Part shown: positions 29,357 to 38,336 of the stretch, piece after piece
Layout: every line of letters begins with the position of its first letter
Position numbering within the stretch: the stretch's first letter is position 1
NCBI GenBank assembly: GCA_040389365.1
Contig: JAZKAB010000009.1
Coordinates: 44,816-108,815, forward strand
Direction of reading: 5' to 3'
DNA: 64,000 bases
Source: Patescibacteria group bacterium
Lineage (GTDB): Bacteria; Patescibacteriota; Minisyncoccia; Phycocordibacterales; UBA9973
Notes under the pieces: model-generated
The model's input: the letters and a program-made list of their open reading frames with translations, nothing else
The model's database searches: none
Told to the model about the DNA's origin: nothing
Position numbers and translations under genes: made by a program

Positions 29357-29722
29357 ATGTCTAAATCAATCACGAGAAACTACGTGTTTCGAGACTCTAA
29401 GGGTATCTTCGTTCGCCGAAAGACTGCTACGGCAGTGACGCAGAACAACGCTGTTCGCTCACAGATCACCTCTGAATCTCTTACTACGGCAGCAGCCGCA
29501 GTTTACACGCTGACTCTGACAAACAACCTGATCAAGGCTGACTCGCTCGTCATGGCATCGGTTAAATACGGTGGCTCTACGACAGGAACTCCTGCCGTAG
29601 CCATGGTAACACCAGCCGACGGCAGCGTAGTCATCAAGATCCAGAACATTCACGCCTCAGCTGCTTTCAACGGCACGATCGTAGTGGATGTATACCTTGT
29701 CAGAAACTCACCTGCAAACTAG
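29357..29722 (+). CDS. hypothetical virion protein
   Basis: A 121-aa ORF. Confidence 0.35.
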   Translation: MSKSITRNYVFRDSKGIFVRRKTATAVTQNNAVRSQITSESLTTAAAAVYTLTLTNNLIKADSLVMASVKYGGSTTGTPAVAMVTPADGSVVIKIQNIHASAAFNGTIVVDVYLVRNSPAN

Positions 29723-29797
29723 GTCATCTCACTCTGTCCCTTTACGGGGGCGGGGATGGGCTGATCTAAGACCCCTTATCAAAGTAATTTTTATCTT

Positions 29798-30178
29798 ATG
29801 AAGACAATCATCATATCAACAGTTATCGCACTAGGAATACTATTCGGGGCATATCATATCGCCAAGCCTCAGAGCTTCGGAGCGGCAAACGCGCCTACGC
29901 TTCTTAAAAATGCTACCAATACCGGCGTAGCAGTAGGCGTTGCGTCTGCGGCTATCCTTACGACCAATACTGCCAGACAAAATGCAGTTATCGTGAATGG
30001 CGGATCGAACGCTGTATATCTCGGCTTCGGCACAGCGGCTGTAGTGGGCCAGGGCGTGTATCTCGCGCCAAGTGGAGGAACGTACCAGATAAATGATCAG
30101 AACCTCTACATAGGGGCAATCAACGGCATTACGAGCACTCAGACTTCGCAGGTAACAGCCTTGGAGATAAAGCAATAA
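29798..30178 (+). CDS. small secreted/membrane-anchored virion-associated protein
   Basis: A 126-aa product with an N-terminal hydrophobic helix. Confidence 0.35.
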   Translation: MKTIIISTVIALGILFGAYHIAKPQSFGAANAPTLLKNATNTGVAVGVASAAILTTNTARQNAVIVNGGSNAVYLGFGTAAVVGQGVYLAPSGGTYQINDQNLYIGAINGITSTQTSQVTALEIKQ

Positions 30179-30182
30179 TCCT

Positions 30183-31028
30183 ATGAGCATTCAGATCCAG
30201 CCACAGCAGAACTTCGCCATAGTGAGACAGCTTCCAGATCCTTCGGATGTGGCGACTTATTACGTGCGCTGCGAGATCCGCAATGCTCAGACGGACGCGA
30301 TCATTCCGGTAAGGAATCTTGCATACCTCAACATGACAGACAAGGGGTCCCGGCGTTTCATTGGCATATTCCAGGCTCCTGCTGACGTGCATGGCCAAGG
30401 GCTGCTGATATCGGTGAAGACAACCGTATATACGGACTCAGGCTATACGACAAAGTCGGATACCTACAACGAGGAGATGGAGACATATCTCGTATTGGAG
30501 CGATTCAATCCTAACGAGGTGATCCGCCAGATGGGTCCCGCTCTAGGGGGTGAGGATATCGACTATAAGAAGATTGAGAAAATGATCATCAAGGCAGTCA
30601 AGGAAAACTTGCCGGAAGAGCAGGAGGAGAAAACAGACGAAACTGTCATAAGGGCCATTGGGTCACTCGAAAAGAAACTAGCTGACATCTCTATATTGGT
30701 TGGAAAGATCGAAAGCCCCAAGGAGACAATTGAAAAGGCTCCTGAGACTAAGATTGAAGCTTCGCCTGACTTCTCTCCTGTAACAGACACAATCAAGGAA
30801 ACCAGCAAGAACGTTACAAAAGCGCTTGCGGGCGTATTGGACGTTGTGCAAAAGGTGCAAGAGACACTTTATTCAATGGAAGAAAAACATGTTGAAGACA
30901 AAAAGATAAAAAAGGCTATCGAGACAAAAGCGACTCACGACAAGAGAGCCGCTGAAATAGTTAATGGGCTAACAACTGCAGCGCCTGTAGATCATTCAGC
31001 GCGCGCAAAGGAGTTAATCAATGGGTAG
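30183..31028 (+). CDS. hypothetical structural protein with a C-terminal coiled coil
   Basis: A 281-aa ORF. Confidence 0.4.
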   Translation: MSIQIQPQQNFAIVRQLPDPSDVATYYVRCEIRNAQTDAIIPVRNLAYLNMTDKGSRRFIGIFQAPADVHGQGLLISVKTTVYTDSGYTTKSDTYNEEMETYLVLERFNPNEVIRQMGPALGGEDIDYKKIEKMIIKAVKENLPEEQEEKTDETVIRAIGSLEKKLADISILVGKIESPKETIEKAPETKIEASPDFSPVTDTIKETSKNVTKALAGVLDVVQKVQETLYSMEEKHVEDKKIKKAIETKATHDKRAAEIVNGLTTAAPVDHSARAKELING

Positions 31029-32985
31029 TTCAGGAACAATAGACAAGCTCTTCAAGGTCTTCACCGACGGCATTACCATACTGGGAAACGGAACTCGCAA
31101 CGATCCCTTGCGATCTGCGCTTTCCGGAGAGACGCCGCTTTCGTTCACTGGCGCCGTAGACGGCGTAAACCGAGTGTTCATAATGAACATTGCGCCAAGC
31201 CCAACCACTTCTGCCAAGATCTGGGACGGGCCGGCATATACGACTCAGGGCGTTGACTACGACATTTCTGGAACCACTCTGACATACCGCGTCGGACATG
31301 CTCCTTCGAGTCTTGACGGCCTGTCAGGCTTCGCAGGAATCGGAGTAACTGGCTCAAGCGTCATCACGATCGCCTCGATTGCTAGCATGCGACTGCTCGC
31401 GTCTGCCATATCAGGAGCGCTGTACTATGTTAGCGCAGCCGGGTATCAGGGCTTTTTCTACTATGACTCAACCGACACCACAAGCTCTGACAACACCGGA
31501 ACAGTGGTAGTATCGGGAACTTACCGGTTCAAGAGAGTGTTTACCGGCGACGTTTGCGCCACATGGTTCGGCGTAGTCGCAGACGCTGTGTTTGGCGCGT
31601 CAAACGTTGTTACAGGTACCGACAACACAACTGCAATGCAGCTTGCTGTTGACTCGCTTGTGAACTTTTCAGGAGGAACTCTTTTATTGCCGAAAGGAAA
31701 ATATCTGCAGAACGGAACAGTGTACATCAATCCATTGCTGACAAATCAGGTTCCCATAACAATCAAGGGAGATACTTCTAACAACCGCGTCGGTCAGGGC
31801 AACGGTTATGGCGGAACCGTCATTGCGAGAAACGTAACTGGAGACTTCTTCCGAGTGAACCTTACTAGTGGTGGAGTTGCTTTCGTTAATCCTGGATTCC
31901 AGTACTTTAGCTTTGCCGCTGAAAACCTATTCTTTGTCGGCAAGAAGGTAAATACTGGTGACAGTACAGTTCTAGGCATCAAGGCTTTCAACATGTTCAG
32001 AACAAGAAGCATTATGAAGAACATCACTTGTCAGCTTATCGACTATGGCGTGTATCAGGCTCCGACAGATGCTGACCTGAACCAGAACTACTGCGACCAG
32101 AGCACCTACAACAATATCTACTTCGAATCTCCGACACTGGGAGGACTATACCTGTATAACGCCGACGCGTGCGTGCTTAACAATATCAATTTCGAGCACG
32201 TTCTTCCGCAGTCAACATTCAACAAGGGCATAGTGATCGACCATGGAGACGGTGCCTCAATTAGAGGTGTGGTGAGCTGGACAAATACGACAGGCGTTAC
32301 TGTTCCTCCTGCGACGTCTGACAGCGCAATTATCTATCTCGATACGACCTCGAATGTATCTATCAACGGGATCCACGCTGAAAACGTGCTGCATACGCTA
32401 TGCGTTTTCTCGGTGAACAGCGCCACCACGACGACCGTCAAGAACGTGCAGATGCGCTTTGATGGAAACACCATGTTCAAGCTTACGAACGTGAAGGGAG
32501 TCTCTATCGAGGGATGGTCAATGCAGGCATCTCCTCTTTCTGGTTTTTACGATATACAGTACGTTGGCTCAGGCAACGAGAACGTGACCTACTCAAACGT
32601 GAACTTCAAGACCGGCTCGCCATCATTCGCTGAGAGAGCGATGGTCGTGAACACTACCGGCGGAGTGCGCGGCTTCTACAGCAATCCTTCCGACCTCGTT
32701 CCCATTGTCGCTACTGACGCCGACCTTGCGGCGGTTGGCGGAGCGATTTACCGACTTCCGGTAATTACCGCGAACCGCGTCATCACCCTTCCGAGCGCCA
32801 TCCATGCCCCAGGGCAGGAAATAGTGTTCTGGAACCTCAATACCAGCGGGTTCACATGGACGTTCCTTGCGTCGGCAGGAGCAGACATGAAAATACCTTC
32901 CGGAGCGACTATAACAGCATTTCCGAATAGCACCGTGGTAGTCGCCAAGGGATACGGAACCACTAACTGGCTAAAAACCAACTAA
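31021..32985 (+). CDS. tailspike / receptor-binding protein with a right-handed parallel beta-helix (pectate-lyase-like) fold
   Basis: Repetitive beta-helix rungs are rich in N, G, V, I and T (IKGDTSNNRVGQGNGYGGTVIARNVTG, NNINFEHV, NVSINGIHAENV). The product is 654 aa. Confidence 0.5.
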   Translation: MGSSGTIDKLFKVFTDGITILGNGTRNDPLRSALSGETPLSFTGAVDGVNRVFIMNIAPSPTTSAKIWDGPAYTTQGVDYDISGTTLTYRVGHAPSSLDGLSGFAGIGVTGSSVITIASIASMRLLASAISGALYYVSAAGYQGFFYYDSTDTTSSDNTGTVVVSGTYRFKRVFTGDVCATWFGVVADAVFGASNVVTGTDNTTAMQLAVDSLVNFSGGTLLLPKGKYLQNGTVYINPLLTNQVPITIKGDTSNNRVGQGNGYGGTVIARNVTGDFFRVNLTSGGVAFVNPGFQYFSFAAENLFFVGKKVNTGDSTVLGIKAFNMFRTRSIMKNITCQLIDYGVYQAPTDADLNQNYCDQSTYNNIYFESPTLGGLYLYNADACVLNNINFEHVLPQSTFNKGIVIDHGDGASIRGVVSWTNTTGVTVPPATSDSAIIYLDTTSNVSINGIHAENVLHTLCVFSVNSATTTTVKNVQMRFDGNTMFKLTNVKGVSIEGWSMQASPLSGFYDIQYVGSGNENVTYSNVNFKTGSPSFAERAMVVNTTGGVRGFYSNPSDLVPIVATDADLAAVGGAIYRLPVITANRVITLPSAIHAPGQEIVFWNLNTSGFTWTFLASAGADMKIPSGATITAFPNSTVVVAKGYGTTNWLKTN

Positions 32986-33001
32986 AACAATAATAAAAAA
33001 T

Positions 33002-34255
33002 ATGAAAAAACTACAAAACAACCTATTAGTACTCGTCGCAAGCGCATTCTTTGTCGCCACTGTAGCCGTTCCTCTTACGCAGGCGCTTCTGCCTGTAAAT
33101 TATGCAGATGCTTCTGCCGTAGTGGTGCAGCAGGGAGGCACCGGACGGCAGTCGTTTCAGGTGTTCGCCCCGATCATCGGCGGAGCAACGCAGACTGCCC
33201 AGGTCGGTCAGGTCTCGCTGAATACCAGTGGATTCGTTTTCACTTCGAACGGGGCAGGAGTCGCTCCGACATTTCAGGCGGCAATAGGCGCGGTATCGAG
33301 CGTGAGCAATTCCGACAGCTCGATTACCATCTCTCCTACAACAGGAGCCGTTGTCGCGTCAATTAACGTGGCAAACCCTAAGACTTGGACAGGGGCGCAG
33401 ACCGTATCTACAGTACCTTTTACAATTTCAGGAAACCAATCAGCGGCTGCGTGGACTACTAGCGGAAAGCAGCTTGTAATTTCAGCAGCTACATTGACCG
33501 ACACCACAAGCTCTGGAACTGTAACAACCAATACTGCAAGTGCTTTTGCAATCCCAGTATTCGCTGCATCTTCCGCGACTACTTACACAAACGGTACAAC
33601 CTTATACATTGCAGGTGCACCAACACCAGGAACAAATGTAACGATAACAAATACTTACTCACTTCTTGTGAATAGCGGATTCAGTGTATTCGGCGGAGGG
33701 CTGACTACTGGCACAGGACTGGGAAGCAATGCCAACGCATATATTAGCGGCGGTACTACTCTTACTTCTTCAAGCAATGCAGCGATTCTCTTTGCAGGTG
33801 CTGGAACGGCTCAGTTTAGGTCTGTCTTTACCGGAAACATTGCAACGACAGCGCTGACAGCAAACACATCTTCCGCAAACATAATTATCGGAAGCGGAAT
33901 ACAGACTACTGCGGCAACTGGCACTCACGCGCTTCTCGCCAACATGGTGGTCAACCCTCTGGGAACGGTTACCAGCGGTGGAGCGACCGTAACGAATACT
34001 GCTTCTCTTTACATCAATGGAGCAGGCTCGGGCGGCACCAGCAACTACGCCTTCTGGGTGAACTCAGGAGCCTCGAAGTTCGGCGGCACTGTCCAATTGA
34101 TGAACTACACCGTGGCAACACTGCCTACGGGCGTACAGGGCATGACAGCCTACGTTACGGACGCGCTCACTCCGACATTCGGAACAACGGTAGTGGGAGG
34201 CGGAGCGGTCGTCATTCCAGTGTTCTATAACGGATCAGCGTGGGTATCGTACTAG
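33002..34255 (+). CDS. Thr/Ser/Gly/Ala-rich repetitive fibre/adhesin-like protein with a signal-peptide-like N-terminus
   Basis: The product starts MKKLQNNLLVLVASAFFVATVAVPLTQA. The rest is low-complexity TGT/SGG repeats. Confidence 0.45.
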   Translation: MKKLQNNLLVLVASAFFVATVAVPLTQALLPVNYADASAVVVQQGGTGRQSFQVFAPIIGGATQTAQVGQVSLNTSGFVFTSNGAGVAPTFQAAIGAVSSVSNSDSSITISPTTGAVVASINVANPKTWTGAQTVSTVPFTISGNQSAAAWTTSGKQLVISAATLTDTTSSGTVTTNTASAFAIPVFAASSATTYTNGTTLYIAGAPTPGTNVTITNTYSLLVNSGFSVFGGGLTTGTGLGSNANAYISGGTTLTSSSNAAILFAGAGTAQFRSVFTGNIATTALTANTSSANIIIGSGIQTTAATGTHALLANMVVNPLGTVTSGGATVTNTASLYINGAGSGGTSNYAFWVNSGASKFGGTVQLMNYTVATLPTGVQGMTAYVTDALTPTFGTTVVGGGAVVIPVFYNGSAWVSY

Positions 34256-34261
34256 TAACAG

Positions 34262-34507
34262 ATGCAAAAAACTTACACAGCAACATTCCATATATCGACC
34301 GTTATTACTGTCATTATTGCGCTTGTTTTGCTTGCGGTATTAACATTGTGTTCTAAATTTGAGCCTCACAAGAAAGTTAAAATATGTAAAGACTTCAAGA
34401 CATGGGTCAGCGCGCAGGAAGCGTTCAATGCTGATTCGGTCAAGTATTCTGGTCTCGATAGGGACGGTGACAAAAGAGTCTGCGAATCAATGAAAAAATC
34501 CCTATGA
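34262..34507 (+). CDS. small single-TM protein (holin-like candidate)
   Basis: An 81-aa product with one TM helix. Confidence 0.3.
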   Translation: MQKTYTATFHISTVITVIIALVLLAVLTLCSKFEPHKKVKICKDFKTWVSAQEAFNADSVKYSGLDRDGDKRVCESMKKSL

Positions 34508-34776
34508 ATGAAGAACAAAATCCACACAATCCAAAGGTAACGATCAAGACGCAGAACTTCTTCGAGGCGGTGCGCATCAACTGGTCCATCATCATGTTTA
34601 TCGTCGCGATCTGCTTTGCGATGATCACCGCATATACAAACCTCAAAGAGGTCCAGGCGCAGACCACTACAAATACCAGCGACATCAAGTCTCTCGACCA
34701 GCGACTCAGCGACACCGAAGGCGACATAAAGGCAATTCGAGAGGGTATCGACTATTTAAAACTAAGAGCTCAATAA
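34504..34776 (+). CDS. small TM + coiled-coil protein (holin/spanin-like candidate)
   Basis: A 90-aa product with a TM helix followed by a coiled coil. Its start and stop are coupled to neighbouring genes. Confidence 0.3.
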   Translation: MNEEQNPHNPKVTIKTQNFFEAVRINWSIIMFIVAICFAMITAYTNLKEVQAQTTTNTSDIKSLDQRLSDTEGDIKAIREGIDYLKLRAQ

Positions 34777-35687
34777 TGGAAAAGACAGAAAAGAAAATTA
34801 AAGACGGACTGCTGCCATTGCCTGCAGACACTCGCGATTATCCTCACGCAATGGTATTCGGCGCCTTGCCGCTCAAGGCGCTCCCTTCCCAGGACTTTGC
34901 GGTAATGGAGCCATTGGGCATCAAAGACCAGTCCGCCACAGGAGACGAGGACTTTTGCACGGCTTTCAGCTCATGTGCCGTGTCAGAAGACCAGGAGTCA
35001 GTACTGCTTAACCCCGAGTACATTTTTATGAAGAGCAAGATCCTTTCCGGCGATCCGGAGAAGTGGGGCCAGGATCTCAGAGCGATTTGCAAGGCGCACT
35101 GTAAGTTCGGCACGATCGAACAGCAATACTTTCCATACCTCAACAACCCGCAGGAGCGGGACTTTTACGTTGATCCCAAGAACTGGAGCGAGGAGCTGGA
35201 CATGCTGGCTTTCGAGCACCGCAAGAACTCATTCTTCGCAGTGGACGGTCCGCATGACACGTTCGACAACTTCCGCATGACGCTATGGCAGAACAAGGAT
35301 CAGTTCCAGTCAATAGTTACAGGGGCAAACTGGAAGCCGTCATGGACTTCGGCTCCGGGCGGAATAATTTCTGAAACTGAAACTGCTGAGGAGGGAAGTC
35401 CTCATGCTTTTAAGATCTACGGCCAGAAGACTATCGACGGCAAGATGTACCTTGTGGCGCAGCTTTCAAACGGCATAGATATCGGAGACATGGGCATTTT
35501 CTATTTCCCTCGATCGGTAGTGAACAAGGAGTTTGTATTCGGCGCCTTTATCTTTCATGACATGCCGAAGGATATGGCTGCGTATCACGCAGAAAATGGC
35601 ATCTCGGTCCATGACTCGCTTCTCAAGAAGTTCATCAAGGTCATAAACAACATATTTATCAGCTATTTTAAGAGCAAACTACTATGA
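34776..35687 (+). CDS. papain-like (C1-type) cysteine peptidase-fold protein
   Basis: DFCTAFSSCA resembles the papain motif CGSCWAFS, and HAFKIYGQ resembles the catalytic His strand. Confidence 0.4.
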   Translation: MEKTEKKIKDGLLPLPADTRDYPHAMVFGALPLKALPSQDFAVMEPLGIKDQSATGDEDFCTAFSSCAVSEDQESVLLNPEYIFMKSKILSGDPEKWGQDLRAICKAHCKFGTIEQQYFPYLNNPQERDFYVDPKNWSEELDMLAFEHRKNSFFAVDGPHDTFDNFRMTLWQNKDQFQSIVTGANWKPSWTSAPGGIISETETAEEGSPHAFKIYGQKTIDGKMYLVAQLSNGIDIGDMGIFYFPRSVVNKEFVFGAFIFHDMPKDMAAYHAENGISVHDSLLKKFIKVINNIFISYFKSKLL

Positions 35688-36340
35688 ATGGAGACGAACT
35701 GGCAACGCAATTTAGAAACCTCGTAGACGACGACTTCGATACTACCCACATGTATCAGCTGTTTTCTCAGGCGAAGAACAATATCGAGCGAACATACAAG
35801 CCCGAGGTTCTCAAGAAGCTCGACCAGACTCAGACTTCAAGCGTTGGCGACTCGTACAATACCGCAAAGGCCCTGCCCGCAGACTTCCGCACATTCTGCA
35901 AGGTGTATCTTGGCCGGATTGAATACTTGTTCGTAACCTTCGAGCAGTCTGTAATGTATCGAAACGCTCCGCGCAAGATATTCGCCAATTATGGAGCGAA
36001 TACTTTTTCGCCTACAGGCCCGGTAAGCGTTGCCGACACATGGAGCATATTTTACATACCGAAGACGGAAGACTTTACCGAAGACAATGCCGACGAAGTG
36101 GTGTGCCTGTGGCCTTCTGAATTTCATCCGCTTATCCCATACGAGGCGGCGAAGATTTATCAGGCAAACATTGACGCCGACGCCATCGCATTTCGCATGT
36201 CAGCGGCTCAGGAAAAGGAATATGACCGTCTTCTCAATGCATTCATTCACTGGGATCACGACATCAAGCTCGCCGCGATGAATGGCCAGACAGGATTTGC
36301 AGATCAGGGAGATTATCCGATTGACATAGGAATGCTTTAG
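35684..36340 (+). CDS. hypothetical structural protein
   Basis: A 218-aa ORF. Confidence 0.4.
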   Translation: MNGDELATQFRNLVDDDFDTTHMYQLFSQAKNNIERTYKPEVLKKLDQTQTSSVGDSYNTAKALPADFRTFCKVYLGRIEYLFVTFEQSVMYRNAPRKIFANYGANTFSPTGPVSVADTWSIFYIPKTEDFTEDNADEVVCLWPSEFHPLIPYEAAKIYQANIDADAIAFRMSAAQEKEYDRLLNAFIHWDHDIKLAAMNGQTGFADQGDYPIDIGML

Positions 36341-36343
36341 CTT

Positions 36344-38299
36344 ATGGCTGACATTGTCCAAAAAAAGAACAGACTCGTTGAAACCTACAAGTACGGAGTG
36401 ATTTCGACGCTTGAGCCTATCACTATTCCTCCAGGAGCTGCTCAGGATTCACTTAACTGGCTCACTATGGGCGACCATATCGAGCTTCGGCGCGGTTTCG
36501 AGTACATCGGCACTGAATCGGTAAACGAGGGCGTAGGGAAGGCCACAGGGCTCCGCAAGGTGGTGCTGGCAAGCGGCGCAGAGCGCATATTCGGCTCTTA
36601 CGGAAAGAAGGCCAAATACTTTGACGACGTTACCACGAACGAATGGGTTGAGATCGGAACCGACATTCTCGGCAATAATGTCGTTGATGCCGACGGCATA
36701 GGGAAAGAGTCAGTCTCTTTCGAAGAATACGTAGGGCTTGCGGGAAATCAGCTTTTCATCAACTCAACCAATATTGGCGGCTACTACAAGGTAATGGTCG
36801 CAAATCCTACAGACTACACCAACATGTATGACAGCGCCAAGAACAAGAAGGGGCTCATCAAGATCGATAACAACCGAACGCTGCTATGGCAGACGCTAAA
36901 AGACCAAACAGGCCTTAACGGGTCATATATCGATACTCAGGCATACGTGACAGTCGCATCGGAAAGCATTGGCACTGGCGACGGAGCAGCGGTGACTTTC
37001 ACCGGCACACTTGCTTTCAGGGCTGCTAATCCTGTCAATACTGCTTTCGGCATCAGCGTTACCGATGGGGTGGAGACATTCACTGACGATTTCAACGGCA
37101 TCCTTATAGGGTCCCTTGGAGGCACTGGTACGATTAACTACACCACGGGCGCAATATCAGTGACCTTTGCTACCGCTCCTGCAGGCGCGGCAAACATTGA
37201 CGCTTCATACCAGCACGAGAACTCCAACACTCACGGCATCACCGACTTTACCAAGTCGCCTACCCGCCTTGCAGGCGAAGGATTCATTATTCGACAGGAT
37301 GCGGGAGGCGGAAAGTTTCAGACAGTGAAGTCTTACAACAACGTCTATTACTGCCTTCATATAAAGCGCTCATGGGCTCTTTCAATATCATCTGACGACT
37401 CAAGCGTGAACAACCAGCCGTATCGCCACAAGGTGGGCATCCCGAACGACCGCGCGGCCGTGGAAACAGGGGAGGGCGTCTATTATATCGACGAGACTGA
37501 CGAGAACGACACTCGTATTCGGCTGCTCACATACGACACTCAGGGATCAACCCAGGTGCTGCCGGTCCCTATTTCAAACAAGATAAACCTCAACAGGTTC
37601 ACTTGGGACAACGGCGCTTGCGGCAAGTACGGAGACTTCATCTACTTCGGCGGACGCGAAAAGACGTCGCTCGTGAACAATCGAACGCTCGTATACAACA
37701 AGCTCTACAGCTCATGGGACATTCTCGACTACTCGATCACCTGCAGCGATACCTATTTGGGAGCGCTCATCGCAGGCGACGGGTACAGCGACAACTTCAT
37801 GACGCTGTTTTCCGGCTTGGACGATATCGGATCGCCAATCTTCAACTACTGGGTAAGCGGAGAGGATCAGCTTGGACTTGACGGCCTCAAGAAGTCAAAG
37901 AAATTCAAGGTTCGCGGGGACATCGGTCCAGACCAGTCCATAAAACTGTCAGTGTCACTTGATAATGGTCCCTTCGTAGAGCTTCGAACCACTTCTGACA
38001 TTGCCGCTTCGACAGAAGACCGCGTTATCCATGCAATCGAGGGCGACGGGACATACGTTGACCGAGGAAATCGCGTCACTGTCGGTCCGAGAACTCTGGG
38101 CCGCGGAGAAGTTGGAGGCGGTGGAGACGGCATTGAGGCTTATCGATTCGAGAGAGAAATAGCCTTTCCTTTTGACAAGTTCGAGACAGCAACGCTGAAA
38201 GTGGAGGCAACTCGACTCGGATGGGCATCGCTCTCGCTTCACGGGTTCATGGACGTGCGGTTCAAAGGGGTGAAGACTCCGAGAAAGTATCGCGGATAA
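36344..38299 (+). CDS. large virion structural protein (tail/baseplate-like)
   Basis: A 651-aa product. Confidence 0.45.
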   Translation: MADIVQKKNRLVETYKYGVISTLEPITIPPGAAQDSLNWLTMGDHIELRRGFEYIGTESVNEGVGKATGLRKVVLASGAERIFGSYGKKAKYFDDVTTNEWVEIGTDILGNNVVDADGIGKESVSFEEYVGLAGNQLFINSTNIGGYYKVMVANPTDYTNMYDSAKNKKGLIKIDNNRTLLWQTLKDQTGLNGSYIDTQAYVTVASESIGTGDGAAVTFTGTLAFRAANPVNTAFGISVTDGVETFTDDFNGILIGSLGGTGTINYTTGAISVTFATAPAGAANIDASYQHENSNTHGITDFTKSPTRLAGEGFIIRQDAGGGKFQTVKSYNNVYYCLHIKRSWALSISSDDSSVNNQPYRHKVGIPNDRAAVETGEGVYYIDETDENDTRIRLLTYDTQGSTQVLPVPISNKINLNRFTWDNGACGKYGDFIYFGGREKTSLVNNRTLVYNKLYSSWDILDYSITCSDTYLGALIAGDGYSDNFMTLFSGLDDIGSPIFNYWVSGEDQLGLDGLKKSKKFKVRGDIGPDQSIKLSVSLDNGPFVELRTTSDIAASTEDRVIHAIEGDGTYVDRGNRVTVGPRTLGRGEVGGGGDGIEAYRFEREIAFPFDKFETATLKVEATRLGWASLSLHGFMDVRFKGVKTPRKYRG

Positions 38300-38336
38300 T
38301 CTAAATTTTAAAAGTAGCAAGTTATAAAATATAAGT

